Assembly (NCBI GenBank): GCA_963748625.1
Contig: CAVVJT010000010.1
Location: forward strand, 800,001-864,000
Direction of reading: 5' to 3'
Origin: an uncultured Chloroflexia bacterium
Lineage (GTDB): Bacteria > Chloroflexota > Limnocylindria > Limnocylindrales > CSP1-4
Length of the DNA stretch: 64,000 nucleotides
The notes under the pieces were generated by a model, which saw only the letters and a program-made list of their open reading frames with translations, was not told where the DNA came from and did no database searches. Below are positions 58,846 to 64,000 of the stretch, one piece after another. Both the position numbers and the translations under genes were made by a program. How positions within the stretch are numbered: the stretch's first letter is position 1; each line of letters starts with the position of its first letter.

Positions 58846-60366
58846 TCAGGCGATGCCGGCCTTGTCCGCGACGCGCAGGGCCTGCGCGGCCACGGTCAGC
58901 GCCGGATTCTGGGCTGCCGACGACGGGAGGAACGAGGCGTCCATCACGTACAGGTTCGAGATGTCGTGCGAGCGGCAGAGCGGGTCGAGCACCGACGTGG
59001 CCGGGTCGTCACCGAACCGCAGGGTCCCGCACTGGTGCGCGATCGCATCGATGCCGAACCGCCGGGTCTGGATGACGGGATAGCCGGCGCGCTGCATCGC
59101 GCGCGACATCGCCTTGACGAGACGCTTGTGCGCTCCGACGTTGTTCGGCTTCCAGGCCATGATCGTGCGGCCCGAGGCGTCGAGGGCGATGCGGTTGTCC
59201 GGGTGCGGCAGGTCCTCGGTCATGAGGTACCAGTCCACGCTACGCCCGGAGATCTCCTTGAGCGCAGCCTTCGGCATCCAGGAGATGGACGCCGCGAGCA
59301 TGCCCGGCTGCAGCTTGCCCAGGAGCTGCGCATTGCCCATCGGCAGCCGCGACGAGTCGTCGCCGAAATACCAGTCGTTGACCGCGAGGGTCTTCTGGAA
59401 GACCGTCGTGTTCTGCTGGGGCCGCACGGCCAGCATGCCCGAGTTGACGTGCATCATGAACCCGCGCCCGACGAGGTCGGACGAGTTCGAGAGGCCGTTG
59501 GGGTGCGTGTCAGAGGCGGATCGCAGCAGCATCGCCGCCGAGTTGATCGCACTCATCGCGACCACGTAGGTCTTGGCGATCACCCGCTTGCGCTCACCGT
59601 TGTGGTCGATCTCCACGCTTGAGATCTGGCGGCCGGACGGATCCGTGCGCAGGACGACGGCGCGGGCGCCCGTCATCATGTCCACATCGGGCGACTCGAG
59701 GGCAGGCCGGACAACGCACGTCTCAGCGTCGCTCTTTGCGAGCACCTGGCATGGGAAACCGTCACAGGTCTTGCAGCGGATGCAGGTCCCGCCTTCCTGG
59801 ATGTCGATGCCCAGCTGCAGCGGGTACGGCCTCAGTCCCTGGTCGCGAAACTTCTCCGCAAGCTCGGCGATGACCGGCTCGTGCGCCACGGCGGGGAACG
59901 GATAGGGGCCGGAGCGCGGCGGCTCGATGGGGTCGGCGCCCATCTCCCCATGGACCTTGAAGATGCGCTCGGCCTCGGCGTAGTACGGCTCAAGCTCCTC
60001 GTATGTGATCGGCCACGCGGGCGAGACGCCGTCCTCGGTCTCAAGCACCCCGAAGTCCTCGCGGCGGAGGCGGGGCAGCGCGGCGCCGTACACCTTGGTG
60101 TTGCCACCGACGCCATACCAGAAGGCGGGCCGGAACAGCTTGCCGTCGCGGTCGAGAAACTGCTCGGTCGTGCGGTAGCGCTTGTTCTTGAAGACGGCCG
60201 TCGGGCTCCAGTTCTCGGGCTCGCGTGGAAGGATGCCGCCGCGCTCGAGGATGAGCACCTTGGCGCCCTTGTTGCGGAGCGCGTAGGCGAGGGTGCCACC
60301 ACCCATCCCACTGCCGATGATGACGATGTCGGCAGTGATGGTGGGTCCGTCCGTCTGCGAGGTCAT
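58846..60366 (-). CDS. GMC oxidoreductase with Cys cluster (sugar dehydrogenase flavoprotein-like)
   Basis: IGSGMGG, VGGNTKVYG, CIRCKTCDGFPC, AHQCGT, NPALT. Confidence 0.9.
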   Translation of the reverse strand: MTSQTDGPTITADIVIIGSGMGGGTLAYALRNKGAKVLILERGGILPREPENWSPTAVFKNKRYRTTEQFLDRDGKLFRPAFWYGVGGNTKVYGAALPRLRREDFGVLETEDGVSPAWPITYEELEPYYAEAERIFKVHGEMGADPIEPPRSGPYPFPAVAHEPVIAELAEKFRDQGLRPYPLQLGIDIQEGGTCIRCKTCDGFPCQVLAKSDAETCVVRPALESPDVDMMTGARAVVLRTDPSGRQISSVEIDHNGERKRVIAKTYVVAMSAINSAAMLLRSASDTHPNGLSNSSDLVGRGFMMHVNSGMLAVRPQQNTTVFQKTLAVNDWYFGDDSSRLPMGNAQLLGKLQPGMLAASISWMPKAALKEISGRSVDWYLMTEDLPHPDNRIALDASGRTIMAWKPNNVGAHKRLVKAMSRAMQRAGYPVIQTRRFGIDAIAHQCGTLRFGDDPATSVLDPLCRSHDISNLYVMDASFLPSSAAQNPALTVAAQALRVADKAGIA

Positions 60367-60783
60367 GTCGCGTCAGCCTTTCACCGAGCCCTGTCGGTCC
60401 GCGGATTGGCAGCGGCCGAGGTTCAGAGAGATGTGGTCACGGGCGACCCCGCGATCTGGTTGGCGGCCATCACGGCGACCTGCGGGCGCGGGGTGCGCGA
60501 GAGGGCGCCAGGGCGACGGTGACTGGCTGGTGCGTGCCGCGCGTGCGGCATCGGTCATGATCCAGCCGCTCTGTCGCGTTGTCTGGAGTCATGCGGCACT
60601 CATTGCGACATGGTGCTGACCGTAGTCGGCGCGGTCGCTTGTGCCTACCCTCGCTTGTCGCAGATAGGTGGACAGGAATGACCTAACCGAGACCAGATCG
60701 CAACAATCGCGGATCAGCCCGGCGCAGCCTGCCGAGGCTGGCACCGAATGGCGCCAGCCTCGCCGCGCGGGACGACGCGCGGG

Positions 60784-61782
60784 TCAGACGGTTTCCCGGC
60801 GCCGCTTCCGGCTGAAGCTGTCGAGCCACAGGATCGCCACGATGATGAAGCCGAGGAAGAGGGTCGAGAGGTAGGACACCATCGAGTCGATGCGCAGCAT
60901 GTTGAACGAGTTCGTCAGCAGGCCGAGCAGGAGCAGCCCGATGGTGGACTTGATGGCCCCGCCGATGCCGCCCGCAACCGATGTGCCGCCGACGACGACG
61001 GCGCAGACGACGTACAGCGCCGTGCTGTCGCCCGCGATCGAGGACGCCGAGTTGAGCTGTGAGGCCAGCATGACGCCGCCGAGGGCCGCGGTCAGCCCGC
61101 AGATCAAGAAGGTCGCCGCCTTGGTCCGGCGGACGTTGATGCCCGAGTACTTCGCGACCTCGGGGTCGCCGCCGACCGCGTACACGTTGCGGCCGAAGGA
61201 GGTGCTCCGCAGCATCAGGTAGATGACGGCCAGCACGGCCAGCATCACGATGACCAGGAGCGGCACGGGTCCGAGGACCTTGAGGTTGGCGATGTCCGCG
61301 AACGCCGGGATCTGGCTCGCCACGGGCCGCGCGTTGGTCAGCTGCTGCCCGGCGCCGGTCAGGACGATGCCCATCCCCAGGGTGATGATGAAGGGCTCCG
61401 CCCGCTGGTAGACCGAGATGAGCGCGTTGACCGCCCCCACGGCGACGCCGATGAGGAGGGCGATCACGATGGCCACCGGGATCGGCACGCCCGCATTGAG
61501 CATCAGGACCACCGTCACGCCCGAGAACGCCATCATGGCGCCGATCGAGAGGTCGACGCCGCCGGCGATCAGCACGACCGTCTCGCCCATCGCGAGGATC
61601 AGGAAGATCGACGCGGACTTGAGGACATTGATGAAGTTGGCCTCGGAGAAGAAGTTGGTCTTCGTCTCCGGGTTCAGGTTGGCCAGGGCCATCACGAGGA
61701 TGACGAGCAGGATCGCCAGGAACGCCTTCTGGACGCCCAGGCCCTTCCTCGCGGCTCCGTAGATCCGTGTGTTCGCGCTCAT
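60784..61782 (-). CDS. Sugar ABC permease (RbsC-like)
   Basis: GGVDLSIG, FIITLG, FGRNVYAVGGDPEVAKYSGI, VVVGGTSVAGGIG. Confidence 0.93.
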   Translation of the reverse strand: MSANTRIYGAARKGLGVQKAFLAILLVILVMALANLNPETKTNFFSEANFINVLKSASIFLILAMGETVVLIAGGVDLSIGAMMAFSGVTVVLMLNAGVPIPVAIVIALLIGVAVGAVNALISVYQRAEPFIITLGMGIVLTGAGQQLTNARPVASQIPAFADIANLKVLGPVPLLVIVMLAVLAVIYLMLRSTSFGRNVYAVGGDPEVAKYSGINVRRTKAATFLICGLTAALGGVMLASQLNSASSIAGDSTALYVVCAVVVGGTSVAGGIGGAIKSTIGLLLLGLLTNSFNMLRIDSMVSYLSTLFLGFIIVAILWLDSFSRKRRRETV

Positions 61783-61785
61783 CGG

Positions 61786-62790
61786 CTAGCCCCTCACTCG
61801 CGCTTGCTTCACGGTGTCGAGCCAGATCACGACGATCAGGATGATCCCCCAGATCATGAACTGGATGTAGGACGAGACGCCAAGCAGGTTGAGACAGTTG
61901 TTCAGGAGCACCAGCAGGAAGACCCCGACGACCGTCCACAGGACGCTGCCGCGGCCCCCGGCCAGCGCCGTGCCGCCCACGACGACCGCGAGGATCGCCT
62001 GTGTCATGTACGGCGTTCCCATCGTGGGATCGGCCAGCGTGACTCGCGAGACGAGGACCACGGCGCCGATCGCCGACAGGAGGCCCGAGATCGCGTAGAT
62101 CATCACGATCGTCTTGCTGATGGGAACGCCGGCCAGGCGGGCCGCCGTCTTGTTGCCGCCCGTGAGGACGACCGCGCGTCCCATGTACATCCGTCTCTCG
62201 ATGACCAGGAGGATCGCGCCGCAGACGATGGCGATGGCGGTGAAGACCGACACGGGCCCGATGGTGCCCGAGTTGATCGCGTTGAAGATCGAGATGTCGG
62301 TCTGGGAGTACGTCAGGAACTGCGTGACGCCCTGGACGTACATCAGCGCCACGGCGCCGTAGACCAGGCTCATGCCGTAGGTGATGAACAGCGCCTCCGC
62401 CTGGGTCAGCGCACCGCTCGAGAGGATCAGCCCGCTGTTGACGAGGCCGCACAGCAGGCCGACGCCCACGCCGATGAGGATGGCCGGGCCCTGGCCCACC
62501 TTGTCGATCATGGTGACCGTCACCACGGCCACGAGCGAGATGATCCCGCCGATCGAGAGGTCGATGAACCCGGCCATGATCACGAAGGTCATGCCGAGGG
62601 CGGCGAAGATGAGCGTCCCGGACGACAGGATGATGTTGTTGAAGTTCGACGCGGTCAGGAACTTGGGTTCGACGATCGAGGTGACCACCACGAGGCCCAC
62701 GATCGCCACGTAGATGGGGTTGTCCCGCAGGAAGTTGACGATCGTGTGGGGGATGGACCGGCGTGCGACGGGTTGTGTCGTTGCGCTCAT
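61786..62790 (-). CDS. Sugar ABC permease (RbsC-like)
   Basis: GFIDLSIG, GGNKTAARLAG, VVVGGTALAGGRG. Confidence 0.92.
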   Translation of the reverse strand: MSATTQPVARRSIPHTIVNFLRDNPIYVAIVGLVVVTSIVEPKFLTASNFNNIILSSGTLIFAALGMTFVIMAGFIDLSIGGIISLVAVVTVTMIDKVGQGPAILIGVGVGLLCGLVNSGLILSSGALTQAEALFITYGMSLVYGAVALMYVQGVTQFLTYSQTDISIFNAINSGTIGPVSVFTAIAIVCGAILLVIERRMYMGRAVVLTGGNKTAARLAGVPISKTIVMIYAISGLLSAIGAVVLVSRVTLADPTMGTPYMTQAILAVVVGGTALAGGRGSVLWTVVGVFLLVLLNNCLNLLGVSSYIQFMIWGIILIVVIWLDTVKQARVRG

Positions 62791-64000
62791 GCGAACTCGA
62801 AGGCCTTCGCCATGATCTCGTCGGCCGAGGCGACCGCGGGGTCGAACTCGCCGTTGACCCGGCCATCACAGATCGTGTTGACCCGGTTGCTCATGTGGAG
62901 CACCTCCGGCAGCTCCGAGGAGATCAGGATGATCGACCCTCCGTCCTCGACGATCTTCTTCATCAGCATGTAGATCTCGTACTTCGCCCCGACGTCGATA
63001 CCCCTGGTGGGCTCGTCGAGGATCAGGATGCGGGGCTTCATCTCGAGCCAGCGGCCAAGGATCGCCTTCTGCTGGTTGCCGCCCGAGAGCGTCCTGATCC
63101 TGGTCTTGCCCGACGGCGTCTTGACGTTGAGGGCCTTGATCTGGCGGTCGCTGACCTCGCCCTCCGCATTGGAATCGATGAAGCCGCCCCGCGTGAGATG
63201 GCGCAGGACTGCCAGCGAGATGTTCTGCTCCACGGAGAACCCGAGCAGCAGGCCCTGGAGCTTGCGGTCCTCCGGGACCATCGCGAGGCCCAGGTTGATG
63301 GCGTCGATGGGGTTGTGGATCTGGACCGGCTTGCCGTCGAGGTAGACGCTCTTCTTGCGGACCTTGTCAGCGCCGAACAGGGCCCGCACGAGCTCCGTCC
63401 GCCCGGAGCCCACGAGACCCACCAGACCCAGGATCTCGCCCTTCCGCAAGGTGAGCTGGACGTCCTTCAGCTTCCGGGTGCTGATGTTCTTGATCTCGAG
63501 GATCGGCTCGCCCGCGCTCTCCGGCCGCGGCGGGTACTCGTTCTCGATGGTCCGCCCGACCATCATCGCGATCATCTCGTTGCGGGTCAGCTCGCTCACG
63601 GGCTTGGTGTCGATGACGCGTCCGTCGCGCATGACGGTGACCTTGTCGCAGAAGCCGAAGATCTCGTCGAGCTTGTGGCTGATGTAGATGATCGCGATGC
63701 CCTTGGCCTTGAGGTCCGCGATGATCTTGACGAGCTTGTCCATCTCGTCCTGGGTGAGGCTGGAGCTGGGCTCGTCCATGATGATGAGCTTCGAGTCGAA
63801 CGAGAGCGCCTTCGCGATCTCGACCATCTGCTTGTCCGAGACGCTGAGCTCCGAGACCATCTTGTGGGTGCTGACCTTGCACCCGATGCTGTCCAGCAGG
63901 TTGCGTGCCTTGGCGTGCACGCCGCGCCGTCCGCCCGACTCGCTGAACCGGCCGAGGAAGACGTTCTCGCCGACCGTCATCGTGTTCACCAGGTTCAGCT
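62787..64000 (-). CDS. Sugar ABC ATP-binding protein (RbsA-like, two NBDs), 5'-partial
   Basis: IMDEPSS, YISHKL, GLVGSGRTE, VPEDRK, LSGGNQQK, DEPTRGIDVGAK; frame open to the window edge. Confidence 0.93.
   Translation of the reverse strand, partial: LNLVNTMTVGENVFLGRFSESGGRRGVHAKARNLLDSIGCKVSTHKMVSELSVSDKQMVEIAKALSFDSKLIIMDEPSSSLTQDEMDKLVKIIADLKAKGIAIIYISHKLDEIFGFCDKVTVMRDGRVIDTKPVSELTRNEMIAMMVGRTIENEYPPRPESAGEPILEIKNISTRKLKDVQLTLRKGEILGLVGLVGSGRTELVRALFGADKVRKKSVYLDGKPVQIHNPIDAINLGLAMVPEDRKLQGLLLGFSVEQNISLAVLRHLTRGGFIDSNAEGEVSDRQIKALNVKTPSGKTRIRTLSGGNQQKAILGRWLEMKPRILILDEPTRGIDVGAKYEIYMLMKKIVEDGGSIILISSELPEVLHMSNRVNTICDGRVNGEFDPAVASADEIMAKAFEFA

Noticed and set aside
60373-60558. 61-aa ORF upstream of the GMC gene
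   Set aside because: Low-complexity, no motif; more likely a 5' leader or promoter region.

Overview
GC-rich bacterial chromosome segment. Gene style and an AGAAC-N4-GTTCT-like LexA box suggest Chloroflexota, possibly Limnocylindria (inference only). Many otherwise intact genes change frame once or more, most simply explained as long-read consensus indels. Left part (1-47 kb): cyanophycin locus (cphB-cphA plus a convergent CphA paralogue that appears to lack the ATP-grasp domain), an ECF sigma with a large three-module anti-sigma, DNA repair genes (lhr with a candidate SOS box, nei, ku-ligD), an AcuC/HDAC-GNAT fusion, tatA, secreted proteases, ABC transporters, bioY and tRNA-His. Right part (47-64 kb, all minus strand, abutting tRNA-His) is the most notable: sugar ABC transporter, two GMC oxidoreductases, a close homologue of 1,5-anhydro-D-fructose reductase, AraC regulator, PflD-like glycyl radical enzyme with activase, an unusually long ROK-like kinase, a Gfo/Idh/MocA enzyme, a HAD phosphatase and a fructose-6-phosphate aldolase. 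I read this as a candidate PTS-independent, radical-based 1,5-anhydro-sugar catabolic pathway. All homology calls come from motif reading and recall, not database searches.
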